Positions 30,061-38,006 of a stretch of 64,000 bases of DNA are shown here, one piece after another. The notes under the pieces are model-generated. The model did not search any database and was not told the origin of the DNA. It was given only the letters and a program-made list of their open reading frames with translations. Numbering within the stretch: the stretch's first letter is position 1; the number at the start of each line of letters is the position of its first letter. Source of the stretch: a virus; the IMG/VR virus record IMGVR_UViG_3300031787_000005; one strand, written 5' to 3'. Position numbers and translations under genes: made by a program.

Positions 30061-30306
30061 TCAGGTCAGGAAGATGTCAATAACTCTGGACTCTTCATCA
30101 TCGACAAGTGCAAATTTTGGTGCCTTGACGATGTTAGGCATGACGCGATCTTCATATTGTGGATCAAATGGATTGGTTTCACCTTCATCAAAATTGGTGA
30201 GAAGATCAAAGCATTCTTGATCATCTTCGGCAATCACACTGATCATGCCACCATACTCAGAAGAGGGGAACGGAACCCAATAATCAACAAGATAAATGTA
30301 CTTCAT
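30061..30306 (-). CDS. Hypothetical protein
   Basis: MKYIYLVDYWVPFPSSEYGG. Confidence 0.7.
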   Translation of the reverse strand: MKYIYLVDYWVPFPSSEYGGMISVIAEDDQECFDLLTNFDEGETNPFDPQYEDRVMPNIVKAPKFALVDDEESRVIDIFLT

Positions 30307-30319
30307 TTGTTTTTCTAAA

Positions 30320-30490
30320 TTACTCCTTAATTTTAGATGAATGATTCAGATTTGTCAACTGACGTTGGAGTTCAACTTGTGCAGGAATGAGATGAGAATA
30401 TAGAAAATGTTGATACTCATTACCTTCAAGCAGTGATGTCAGATTATCAATCTGCATGAGAGCAAAGATCAGTTTCGTCTGTTCGTTCAT
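30320..30490 (-). CDS. Hypothetical 56-aa protein
   Basis: Manual translation MNEQTKLIFALMQIDNLTSLLEGNEYQHFLYSHLIPAQVELQRQLTNLNHSSKIKE. Confidence 0.65.
   Translation of the reverse strand: MNEQTKLIFALMQIDNLTSLLEGNEYQHFLYSHLIPAQVELQRQLTNLNHSSKIKE
30330..30358 (-). promoter_or_regulatory. Canonical sigma70 promoter
   Basis: TTGACA-N17-TAAAAT then AAGGAG, embedded in the 3' end of the upstream ORF. Confidence 0.8.
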
Positions 30491-30720
30491 ACAAACTCAG
30501 AAATGTAATAATCAACAGACACATTCATCTCTGCTGCTTGACGTTCAAAGTAACTCTTTGTATATTTTCGTGCTGCTTCACGTCTCACATAGTTTTGGAC
30601 TTCGACATCAGCATGTTTCATAAAGTCTTCAAAAGCAGTCATAAACTGCTTGATGTCTTCATCGTTCATTTGCACATCCAATGGTTTGACAATAATAGGA
30701 CTCGAACATGCGATTGTCAC
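30487..30720 (-). CDS. Hypothetical protein ending AAEMNVSVDYYISEFV
   Basis: Track ORF; ATG 30669 is a likely alternative start. Confidence 0.6.
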   Translation of the reverse strand: MTIACSSPIIVKPLDVQMNDEDIKQFMTAFEDFMKHADVEVQNYVRREAARKYTKSYFERQAAEMNVSVDYYISEFV

Positions 30721-30795
30721 GTTGAATTAACCAATAGTTGTAACTCAACATGCCAATCGCAATCAATACACCATAGAACACATACTTCCGTGTCA

Positions 30796-31059
30796 TCAGC
30801 AGGCACCATAGAAAGGATTACCAGTTTGGGGCAGGTTTTGATTGTCACCCGTCACCACATAATCATATGCCAGGCGCTCACGAATGGCAACTGCCTTCTC
30901 CACACGATTCAGATACTTCTTGGAAACCTGATCCACACCTTTCCAGGAGAGAATTTGCATACACCATTCGGTGCTGATGTCACCGAAAGGAGTTTGGACA
31001 GGATAGAAACCGACCAGCATCGTGCCATCCTTAGACTGGAGAGTGGGGAAGTCGATCAT
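30796..31059 (-). CDS. Hypothetical protein
   Basis: MIDFPTLQSKDGTMLVGFYP; downstream of cassette 10. Confidence 0.7.
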   Translation of the reverse strand: MIDFPTLQSKDGTMLVGFYPVQTPFGDISTEWCMQILSWKGVDQVSKKYLNRVEKAVAIRERLAYDYVVTGDNQNLPQTGNPFYGAC

Positions 31060-31084
31060 GGGGGCGTCCCTCGATTACCTTAGT

Positions 31085-31143
31085 ATTATAGGTCAGAAGG
31101 ACGGCACCACGTCGTTCCGTAGACCAGTTTGGGAACTGTCCAT
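31085..31143 (-). promoter_or_regulatory. Promoter cassette 10
   Basis: TATAAT; dyad TAGACCAGTT-TGGG-AACTGTCCAT. Confidence 0.65.
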
Positions 31144-31296
31144 CCGCTCCCAGACGCTGTAGAGTTTGTTATAAAGTGCAGGCACACTTCCATATTCCCG
31201 TGCAATTCTATTTTCCTCACGGAGATTCAATTCCTGCAGTGCAGATAGAATAATGCCCATTTCATGGACATTTAGTTGTACGTTCGTTTCGATCAT
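31093..31296 (-). CDS. Hypothetical protein
   Basis: MIETNVQLNVHEMGIILSALQ.. Confidence 0.65.
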   Translation of the reverse strand: MIETNVQLNVHEMGIILSALQELNLREENRIAREYGSVPALYNKLYSVWERMDSSQTGLRNDVVPSF

Positions 31297-31301
31297 TGTT
31301 T

Positions 31302-31712
31302 TCAATCCCAACTAACATTTTGCAAAAGAAATCCTGGCATCACATAAGTCCAGGCACCATCATTATCTTGACCACCAACTTTATACTCCCACTTATATTC
31401 ACGCTTGTTGTAATTATCCCACGTCATGTATCCTTTCTGTTTGTCAAATCGTCCTTTGATGGTGAGACGGAAACGATTCGAAAAAATATTACGAGTGCGA
31501 AGTGCTCCACCAACCTCACGGGTTTCTACAATTTTACAGGTATCATAATGTGGATTGCCATTATTCTCCAACATGCAGGGAGTTTCGTATGCGAATGGAC
31601 GTGGCAACCTAGGTGCAACTGGAGCAGAATTGTATTTACTTTCAGTTGCAGATGGTGTCGCAAATGCTGGTGATGCCAATAGCAACGATGCGATTAGAAA
31701 AAACTTTTTCAT
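31302..31712 (-). CDS. Secreted hypothetical protein
   Basis: Signal peptide MKKFFLIASLLLASPAFA. Confidence 0.65.
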   Translation of the reverse strand: MKKFFLIASLLLASPAFATPSATESKYNSAPVAPRLPRPFAYETPCMLENNGNPHYDTCKIVETREVGGALRTRNIFSNRFRLTIKGRFDKQKGYMTWDNYNKREYKWEYKVGGQDNDGAWTYVMPGFLLQNVSWD

Positions 31713-32023
31713 CCAACTACCCTCCAACATACGGTTGCGTTTCCTTGTTTTGTAGAAGCAATGTGAGCAAATGCAGCATAACTTAAATCAAGGTCAGCAT
31801 GAGAATAAGGACCGCGATCATTGACTCTTACGATTACCTGTTTGAGATTGTCTTGGTTTGTAACTCTAATTTTAGTTCCCATAGGTAAGTAAGGGTGAGC
31901 AGCAGTCCAACGATAAGTATCAAATCGTTCTCCATTTGCAGTAGTTTGTCCGTGAAATCCGTCACCAATTCCATAGAATGTGGCAACTCCACAAGTAAGA
32001 CCAGCAATCAGTGTTTCAATCAT
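31709..32023 (-). CDS. rlpA: RlpA-like (DPBB) lytic transglycosylase
   Basis: FHGQTTANGERFD...TAAHPYLPMGTKIRVTN..VIVRVNDRGPY...DLS. Confidence 0.85.
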   Translation of the reverse strand: MIETLIAGLTCGVATFYGIGDGFHGQTTANGERFDTYRWTAAHPYLPMGTKIRVTNQDNLKQVIVRVNDRGPYSHADLDLSYAAFAHIASTKQGNATVCWRVVG

Positions 32024-32214
32024 TGTTTGACTTTCATCTCCCAAACATCACGACTCAGAGATTGAACAGCAGAATTCACATTGCTGTCCAGAGAGTGAAC
32101 TTTGTACTCAAGTTCACCAAGTTGACGATATAGGTTCAGGCACATGAGAGTATTGGCAGCAATACCCACAATGATTGACCAACCAACAACTTTCTCAAGA
32201 CTCACATTATTCAC
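32020..32214 (-). CDS. Hypothetical membrane protein
   Basis: N-terminal transmembrane segment plus coiled coil. Confidence 0.55.
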   Translation of the reverse strand: MNNVSLEKVVGWSIIVGIAANTLMCLNLYRQLGELEYKVHSLDSNVNSAVQSLSRDVWEMKVKQ

Positions 32215-32375
32215 TCTGTCACCTCATCATAATCAACGGCAAGTTCAAGATAATTGTAACCAATTACCTTACGACCTTCATGGGTAGATGTATTCACAAC
32301 CACACCATCTTGGGTCAGTTTTTCAACACGACGATTTGCCGCATTGTTCATTTTAATAGTCCAATAATAACTCAT
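32211..32375 (-). CDS. Hypothetical 54-aa protein
   Basis: Manual translation MSYYWTIKMNNAANRRVEKLTQDG...; start/stop coupling. Confidence 0.6.
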   Translation of the reverse strand: MSYYWTIKMNNAANRRVEKLTQDGVVVNTSTHEGRKVIGYNYLELAVDYDEVTE

Positions 32376-32530
32376 GAGATTCCTCCTGTTTTGTTATATT
32401 CTATCATAGATCGACGTGCAGAGTAAGCCTCAAATTCGGATGGAAATGATGCAATGGTCCGACCATTATCTGCCCAGTACAGATACCAACGTCTGGCAAA
32501 ATGTTTGATGAGAATAGGTTTGTCCATCAT
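32372..32530 (-). CDS. Hypothetical 52-aa protein
   Basis: Manual translation MMDKPILIKHFARRWYLYWADNGRTIASFPSEFEAY... Confidence 0.6.
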   Translation of the reverse strand: MMDKPILIKHFARRWYLYWADNGRTIASFPSEFEAYSARRSMIEYNKTGGIS

Positions 32531-32685
32531 TCCTCGGGGTAAAGTTTCCAAGTATCGGGATAGATTCCCATCTCTTCACAGCGCACCTCATAGGCAATAC
32601 GCTGTAAGCAAAGAAGATCCATGGATTCAACTGCTTTCATAATGGAGCGGCGAATCTGCTTGTCTTGAACTGTGTCGGCAATCAT
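32527..32685 (-). CDS. Hypothetical 52-aa protein
   Basis: Manual translation MIADTVQDKQIRRSIMKAVESMDL...; ATGA coupling at both ends. Confidence 0.6.
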   Translation of the reverse strand: MIADTVQDKQIRRSIMKAVESMDLLCLQRIAYEVRCEEMGIYPDTWKLYPEE

Positions 32686-32873
32686 TTGATGTCACCTTCA
32701 GCGATCAGACCCATGATTTCACGAGCAGTAGCAGCAAAGTTGATGTGATCCTCCAGACCTTCATCGGAATAGACCTTGAACAGATCAGATTCCCTGTAGG
32801 TATCCATGATCAGAGCGCAGGCATCATACAGGGCAGCGATGTGATGTGCCTTGGACTGAAAGGAAAGTGCCAT
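32682..32873 (-). CDS. Hypothetical protein
   Basis: 63 aa, downstream of cassette 11. Confidence 0.65.
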   Translation of the reverse strand: MALSFQSKAHHIAALYDACALIMDTYRESDLFKVYSDEGLEDHINFAATAREIMGLIAEGDIK

Positions 32874-32898
32874 GGGGGCGCCCCTCGATTACCTTTGT

Positions 32899-32958
32899 AT
32901 TATAGGGCAAAGGAGAGGGGGGTTCAACGACTCCTGTACCACTTGTTCAACTGTCCAC
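32899..32958 (-). promoter_or_regulatory. Promoter cassette 11
   Basis: TATAAT; dyad TGTACCACTT-GTTC-AACTGTCCAC. Confidence 0.65.
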
Positions 32959-33849
32959 CTTCACGATCAGGATCTCATGAGATTCTTTAGTATTGCTCCC
33001 ACCAGATACAATACGATTATCACCAATACGTGTCTCTCCTAATTGATAGGAATAGTGCCACTCTGGGAAATACTGATCAAAATCTTTGTAGTATTCACGG
33101 ATCGTCTCACAATTGTTGTAAGACAGGATAAAACTGCCTTTATGGTTGTGCAACAGATCCCTCAGTGTTTCATGATCAAAACCAGTATGATGCACGTCAA
33201 TATTGCAGTTGGGATACATTCCCTTCAGCATTTTGTTATCGGAATCCTTATCCAAATAGTATGGAGGATCCAGATAAAGAAGATCACCAGAATGTTCTGG
33301 GATTACATCAACAAACGATGCCTTTTCCACATGCAGATCTTTATTCTTGTAGGATCTGATGTTGTGGACCATCTTATCCCATTTGGTCTGACTTTCATAG
33401 ATCTTACTCATCCAACCCAGATACATCGGTCCATAGGACAGATTATGATTGAAATAATAGTATGCTGCAGCAGTCAGATCATCCAATTGGATTGGATCAC
33501 GCTTATAATAATCAGTGTGCCAATCTTTGAGCATGTCCTGAGTATACTGCCACTGCAGCAACATTTCCTTAATCTCAGCATACTTTTCCTTGGTAGGAGT
33601 CAACTCCTGAAGTTTATCTGCCAACTCATGTGGAGAAGACAGAAGAACATTCCAGAAGTTGACCAGGGCATCAAAGATGTCGAACCCATAAACAGGAACG
33701 CCAAGTTCAGATGCCCACTTTGATTCTAAACTACCTCCACCAACAAATGGTGAGATGATACGCTGGGGATATGGTAGTCTAGGAATATATTGGGTGATAA
33801 GTTTGTATGCCTTTGACTTACCACCAGCATAGCGGAGAGGTGTCTTCAT
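32947..33849 (-). CDS. dam: D12-class N6-adenine DNA methyltransferase (Dam-like)
   Basis: PLRYAGGKS, SPFVGGGS (SAM binding), LYLDPPY catalytic motif. Confidence 0.88.
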   Translation of the reverse strand: MKTPLRYAGGKSKAYKLITQYIPRLPYPQRIISPFVGGGSLESKWASELGVPVYGFDIFDALVNFWNVLLSSPHELADKLQELTPTKEKYAEIKEMLLQWQYTQDMLKDWHTDYYKRDPIQLDDLTAAAYYYFNHNLSYGPMYLGWMSKIYESQTKWDKMVHNIRSYKNKDLHVEKASFVDVIPEHSGDLLYLDPPYYLDKDSDNKMLKGMYPNCNIDVHHTGFDHETLRDLLHNHKGSFILSYNNCETIREYYKDFDQYFPEWHYSYQLGETRIGDNRIVSGGSNTKESHEILIVKVDS

Positions 33850-34412
33850 TTAGTCTTGCGATCGATTTTGTACTGCCCAAATGCTTCATGAATAATACTA
33901 GGAAGTGCTACACCAGTCTCTTGATAGTTCCACTTAGGATAGCAACCTTCAATAGCATTATACTGCATCAGACAATTTTCTTCAATACCCTTGGCACTCA
34001 CAGGAACAACCATCTGCTCAGACTTAAAGAGACCAGGAACTTCAACAACAATCGGTTCCATGTAAATCATATAAACTTCTACCTTGTTTCCTTGATCCAG
34101 TTGCTCACGCATAAACCAATTGATAGCAAACCGATTGATGCCAGGGTCATCTTGACCAGCATTCAAATAAAAACCCATACAACCTTGAATACCGCTCTTG
34201 GTAGAAGATTGACCAATCTTATAGATCTCTCCGTTGACACACAAAATATACACAAGAGAGACATGCTTGTTTTTCAACTTCTTAGGGAAGTTGCTGTCAT
34301 AATTCAGAACAAGTTTAGTCTTGTAAAGCACATGCTTAGGACCAGAATAAGTATCAGTTCCGTGAACAATCTCACCGACACGAATTGCATTTGGAATGTC
34401 AGAAACGTTCAT
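33846..34412 (-). CDS. GIY-YIG-family nuclease-like protein (Hpy188I-like)
   Basis: LVYILCVNGEIYKIGQS ... KVEVY ... AKGIEENCL..P.WNYQ; ATGA-coupled to the MTase. Confidence 0.55.
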   Translation of the reverse strand: MNVSDIPNAIRVGEIVHGTDTYSGPKHVLYKTKLVLNYDSNFPKKLKNKHVSLVYILCVNGEIYKIGQSSTKSGIQGCMGFYLNAGQDDPGINRFAINWFMREQLDQGNKVEVYMIYMEPIVVEVPGLFKSEQMVVPVSAKGIEENCLMQYNAIEGCYPKWNYQETGVALPSIIHEAFGQYKIDRKTK

Positions 34413-34434
34413 GTGTTTGACTGATTACCTTGTA

Positions 34435-34493
34435 ATTATACTGCCTGCATCAGGCGGTTGGGGAAATGGTGTACCACTTCTGGAACTGGCACA
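34435..34493 (-). promoter_or_regulatory. Promoter cassette 12
   Basis: TATAAT; GCCTG/CAGGC hairpin; dyad TGTACCACTT-CTGG-AACTGGCACA. Confidence 0.7.
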
Positions 34494-34912
34494 TTCAATT
34501 CATCATACAAATACTCCAGATATAGGGTTTCTTCTTGCTCCCGTGCCTCTATTTCGTGTGCCTGATGCCAATAGTCCACATCTTCCATACATTCTTTACC
34601 ATAATACATTTTTCCGCTTCGGAGTCGCAGTGAACCTACTACCCACTGCCGCAGGTGCGTCAGTTCATGTAAAAGAGTTTGTATATACAACTCTTGGTCC
34701 ATATGGGTATTCAGTTCAATCAGGAAGTGACGGGGGCGATAAGTTTCACCCACAACATCACAATACCCATAAACACACTCACGATTCAGACCACGATGAA
34801 CAATATCCACCGTGATCTTGTGGCGTGGGAAGAACCTATTCAGAAACCAAGAGGTAACATCCTCACAGATCCGCTTGCGATAACCATATCCAGAATGCGT
34901 GATGTAAGACAT
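34436..34912 (-). CDS. Zn-dependent metallopeptidase-like protein (HExxH)
   Basis: TLLHELTHLRQW plus downstream HEIEA. Confidence 0.7.
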   Translation of the reverse strand: MSYITHSGYGYRKRICEDVTSWFLNRFFPRHKITVDIVHRGLNRECVYGYCDVVGETYRPRHFLIELNTHMDQELYIQTLLHELTHLRQWVVGSLRLRSGKMYYGKECMEDVDYWHQAHEIEAREQEETLYLEYLYDELNVPVPEVVHHFPNRLMQAV

Positions 34913-34974
34913 TGACCCCAGTGCAAAAACCAAATGAACGATGAAACAAACAGGAGTTTTTCTTTAGCAGTCAT
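34840..34974 (-). CDS. 44-aa hydrophobic peptide overlapping the metallopeptidase 5' end
   Basis: Manual translation MTAKEKLLFVSSFIWFLHWGQCLTSRILDMVIASGSVRMLPLGF. Confidence 0.5.
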   Translation of the reverse strand: MTAKEKLLFVSSFIWFLHWGQCLTSRILDMVIASGSVRMLPLGF

Positions 34975-34976
34975 AC

Positions 34977-35432
34977 TCAACGAGCGTACAAATAAGAACC
35001 TGCCCAGTCAGCATTCTCAAGCAACCATTCACGCTGCTCAATGATACGCAGATCGTAGCGAACACCTTTGGCAGGAGACTTCCAAGATGCAGACTTGTAA
35101 ACCTGACCAGTCTTCTTATCCACAAAAGCATGAACAGAGCGGGAACCATTAGCAACCATAATGATTTTGTGATACTTACGACCCGTTTCAGGGTAGAACT
35201 CATAATCACAAATACCTTCTTTCAGTTTAGCAACAGATGCCTTGTGATAGGCAATACCAGTTTCAGTATTACCTTCCAGACGCTTCAGAGAACTCTGATG
35301 GGACTTGATGCTATATTCAATGTAGTTCTGGCGCAGTGCCTCACAGAGAGCATAGGTGTGCCCCAGAACTGCCTCTGCGATGTTCTTCCGTGCCTCTGCT
35401 TGGGCGGAATACTCAGCGAAGGTGGTGGTCAT
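34977..35432 (-). CDS. Conserved phage hypothetical protein
   Basis: GRKYHKII..SRSVHAFVDKKTGQVYKSASWKSPAKGVRYDL. Confidence 0.75.
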   Translation of the reverse strand: MTTTFAEYSAQAEARKNIAEAVLGHTYALCEALRQNYIEYSIKSHQSSLKRLEGNTETGIAYHKASVAKLKEGICDYEFYPETGRKYHKIIMVANGSRSVHAFVDKKTGQVYKSASWKSPAKGVRYDLRIIEQREWLLENADWAGSYLYAR

Positions 35433-35453
35433 TGCTTGGTTGCGTATGTGCTT

Positions 35454-35512
35454 ATTATAGGGCACTCAGAGGCGCCCAGAGCGGTCAGTATGCCAGTTCA
35501 GGATCTGGCACC
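35454..35512 (-). promoter_or_regulatory. Promoter cassette 13
   Basis: TATAAT; dyad TATGCCAGTT-CAGG-ATCTGGCACC. Confidence 0.65.
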
Positions 35513-35610
35513 CAGTAGTCGTCATTCTCCAAATAACCCATCCAATCTTGGGGGTCTGTATCATACAGGGCAATTTCCCGCAGTTCATCAATCAGTTCAG
35601 ACAGGTCCAT
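35485..35610 (-). CDS. Small acidic 41-aa protein
   Basis: Manual translation MDLSELIDELREIALYDTDPQDWMGYLENDDYWVPDPELAY. Confidence 0.6.
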   Translation of the reverse strand: MDLSELIDELREIALYDTDPQDWMGYLENDDYWVPDPELAY

Positions 35611-35635
35611 GAGAGAAGCGTTCAACTACTTGGAT

Positions 35636-35693
35636 ATTATAGCAGAAAACCCGCCGAGTGGGCGGGTCTTGTGCCAGTTTTTAGACTGCCAAT
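35636..35693 (-). promoter_or_regulatory. Promoter cassette 14
   Basis: TATAAT; ACCCGCC/GGCGGGT hairpin; TGTGCCAGTT half-site. Confidence 0.7.
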
Positions 35694-36091
35694 GCACCAG
35701 AGGGAATTTCTACACCTTCCAAGTAAGAATCGTGCCAATCGCAAGTATCATAGCACAACCAACCTTCAGATTGAGTGTAGACATAAGCAAACTCTTCACC
35801 ATTCTGAAGATACTCTGCCAAGTTTGCATCAAGGCGAGGAGGAGAATCTTCACCACGTTGAGAGTAGTATTGGGGACCATAAACACCCTTCACACCAGAA
35901 CCATCCCAACGCTCATCTGTCCAGGCACAGGACATATCACCACCATCAATCAGTTCAGCGGCAAGAGATTTGGTATTGTAGTGAGTCTTCAAGATACGAC
36001 CCAACCACTCAGGATAACCATCCCAATGGGAATAAGCAGAGAGAATAGAACCATCAAGGAGTTCGATACCAATCCGAGAGCGGGTTGCCAT
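35681..36091 (-). CDS. Conserved phage hypothetical protein
   Basis: MATRSRIGI..SAYSHWDGYPEWLGRILKTHY..LIDGGDMS. Confidence 0.75.
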   Translation of the reverse strand: MATRSRIGIELLDGSILSAYSHWDGYPEWLGRILKTHYNTKSLAAELIDGGDMSCAWTDERWDGSGVKGVYGPQYYSQRGEDSPPRLDANLAEYLQNGEEFAYVYTQSEGWLCYDTCDWHDSYLEGVEIPSGALAV

Positions 36092-36116
36092 GAGGCGTTT
36101 CGTTGATTACCTCCAT

Positions 36117-36176
36117 ATTATAATGGGTCTCCCAGCGAACCAGAAGACCCAGTGTGCCAGTTTACAAACTGGTCTC
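36117..36176 (-). promoter_or_regulatory. Promoter cassette 15
   Basis: TATAAT; GGGTCT..TTCG..AGACCC hairpin; dyad TGTGCCAGTT-TACA-AACTGGTCTC. Confidence 0.7.
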
Positions 36177-36387
36177 AGTCATCATACACTCTACACTCTA
36201 ATGCATCAGGATTGGCATCACAATAAAGTTCCAGTGGTGTAGGATCGTGAGAGTCTTCAGGATGGTGTTCTTTATATGTTTTAAGTGCTTCTAATTCTTC
36301 TTCAGTATGTCTTCTCGCCTGTGGAGAAATAGTTGGGTCACTCAAAAGGTCCTCGTCCTTCTGAATATGTTGGTCGATGTTATCCAT
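36175..36387 (-). CDS. cp12: CP12 Calvin-cycle inhibitor (cyanophage type)
   Basis: C-terminal PTPLELYCDANPDALECRVYDD (Cx8C..YDD); TAAATA upstream at 36408-36414. Confidence 0.88.
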   Translation of the reverse strand: MDNIDQHIQKDEDLLSDPTISPQARRHTEEELEALKTYKEHHPEDSHDPTPLELYCDANPDALECRVYDD

Positions 36388-36418
36388 AGTTTTGTATCAT
36401 GATGATATATTTATTTTT

Positions 36419-36625
36419 TTATTCACTCAAAGAACTACCACGCCAGTTCTTTGGAGTGGGTGGATCACACTTCCCTTCCAGACTTTTGACCATTAATTGA
36501 GCAAATTTCTCCATTTTTTCTGCAGAAACAGATGCTGGACGATAGGTAATTGCCTCTTTTAGGGCAACAAGTTCGTTCCATTCTTCAGTTGTGAGGTCAG
36601 CCGTGCTGGTTTTGGGGAGTGACAT
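36419..36625 (-). CDS. Hypothetical protein
   Basis: LTTEEWNELVALKEAI..PASV..KMEKF..L.VKSLEGK. Confidence 0.65.
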   Translation of the reverse strand: MSLPKTSTADLTTEEWNELVALKEAITYRPASVSAEKMEKFAQLMVKSLEGKCDPPTPKNWRGSSLSE

Positions 36626-36714
36626 AGAGTTTCCTGCGATGTAGTTCAATGTTAGCATTCCAATATAATACTATCTAGAAACTTAATGTTTTCTTTGGGA
36701 TCATGTTACACTGC

Positions 36715-37341
36715 TTAATAATGCATCTCTGCAACATATCTTTTTAGGTAATCAATCTTGACATCAACTGATAAAATAATCCTTTCTTTTGTTCCACCAT
36801 GCACAACAGAATGCTTAAGGGGTCCACCATCTTTGAATGCAAGGATCTTTCCATCTTCCCATGTTCTAGTTTGATCACCAACTGTAATTCTACATCCAGG
36901 ATCGCATGAGATTCCAAGATGCATTCTCATGTAATTATCAGTCCATCCAGTGTGAGGATTGATAACTGAACCAGGAACCAATCTGCTGATAAAAGAATTA
37001 TGAAGAACGTCTAGTTCTTCTTCATACTTTCTGAGTATTCCCGTTGTTACTGGACATTTTTTTCTAGAGTTTTCAATGATAACTTTTAGAAATGCCATCT
37101 CTTGCTCACTAGCATAAGATGACATAAACTCACCCTCAAACTTTGTTAAAGGTGCTGCCTTCCAATAGTGCTCATATAGATTTCTACCATCAATTTGGTA
37201 TCGTGGATAATCAAATAACGATAAAGGTGCCTCACAAAAGTTAAGGACTTCTTCTTTAATTACTGGATAATTTTCAATCAGTTCATTATATACTGGAACA
37301 TCTTCAAAATAAGAGTCCCAAAATGCTATTTTCTTGCTCAT
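36715..37341 (-). CDS. Asp/Asn beta-hydroxylase-family (LpxO-like) 2OG-Fe(II) oxygenase, paralogue 1
   Basis: PGSVINPHTG..RMHLG..TVG..RTWEDGKILAFKD..HSV.H..ERIILSVD. Confidence 0.85.
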   Translation of the reverse strand: MSKKIAFWDSYFEDVPVYNELIENYPVIKEEVLNFCEAPLSLFDYPRYQIDGRNLYEHYWKAAPLTKFEGEFMSSYASEQEMAFLKVIIENSRKKCPVTTGILRKYEEELDVLHNSFISRLVPGSVINPHTGWTDNYMRMHLGISCDPGCRITVGDQTRTWEDGKILAFKDGGPLKHSVVHGGTKERIILSVDVKIDYLKRYVAEMHY

Positions 37342-38006
37342 TTTAAATACTTCTCCAGGTAACTTAACTTAAGATCAAACGACATAACATATCTATCTTT
37401 CTTTCCATTATGGACTACACTATGATAGTATGGACCGCCATCTTTAAATGCTAATATTTTACCATTCTTCCACGTTTTTGTCACGTTTCCTACAGTTATC
37501 TGGCATCCAGGATCTTCCACAAGACACAAGTGAACTCTCATATAATCTTTAGAGTATCCTTGATGAGGTCTGATAATTGTACCAGGAGATAGCATACTTA
37601 GGAACATATTCGCAAGTATTCCTTCTTTTTCTGGTTTTTTAATAATATTATGAATTACAGGTGTTAATATCCATCGATACTGATCAATTAACATGTCGAG
37701 ATCCTTTCCTCCCTGCAACTTCTTTACGATCATATTCACTTCATGATGATATGACTCGCTGAATCTGGAGAGAGCTAGAACATCCCAGGTATTATCATAC
37801 ATTCTCACCTTTTGACCAGTTTGTGGATCGGTAATCTTATACTTTGGATAAGGATTCATCCATTTGTAAGAAGATCCACCGACCTTTGGAAATAGTTTAG
37901 ATTTGATAATGAGTTCCCACTTAATGAATCTCCAATACCGCATAAATGTGCGACATATGGGCTCATCCATCAAATAATCTTCCCAAAATTCTGGTTCTTG
38001 TGTCAT
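37338..38006 (-). CDS. Asp/Asn beta-hydroxylase-family oxygenase, paralogue 2
   Basis: PGTIIRPHQG..RVHLCL..KTWKNGKILAFKD..YHSVVH..DRYVMSFD. Confidence 0.85.
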   Translation of the reverse strand: MTQEPEFWEDYLMDEPICRTFMRYWRFIKWELIIKSKLFPKVGGSSYKWMNPYPKYKITDPQTGQKVRMYDNTWDVLALSRFSESYHHEVNMIVKKLQGGKDLDMLIDQYRWILTPVIHNIIKKPEKEGILANMFLSMLSPGTIIRPHQGYSKDYMRVHLCLVEDPGCQITVGNVTKTWKNGKILAFKDGGPYYHSVVHNGKKDRYVMSFDLKLSYLEKYLK

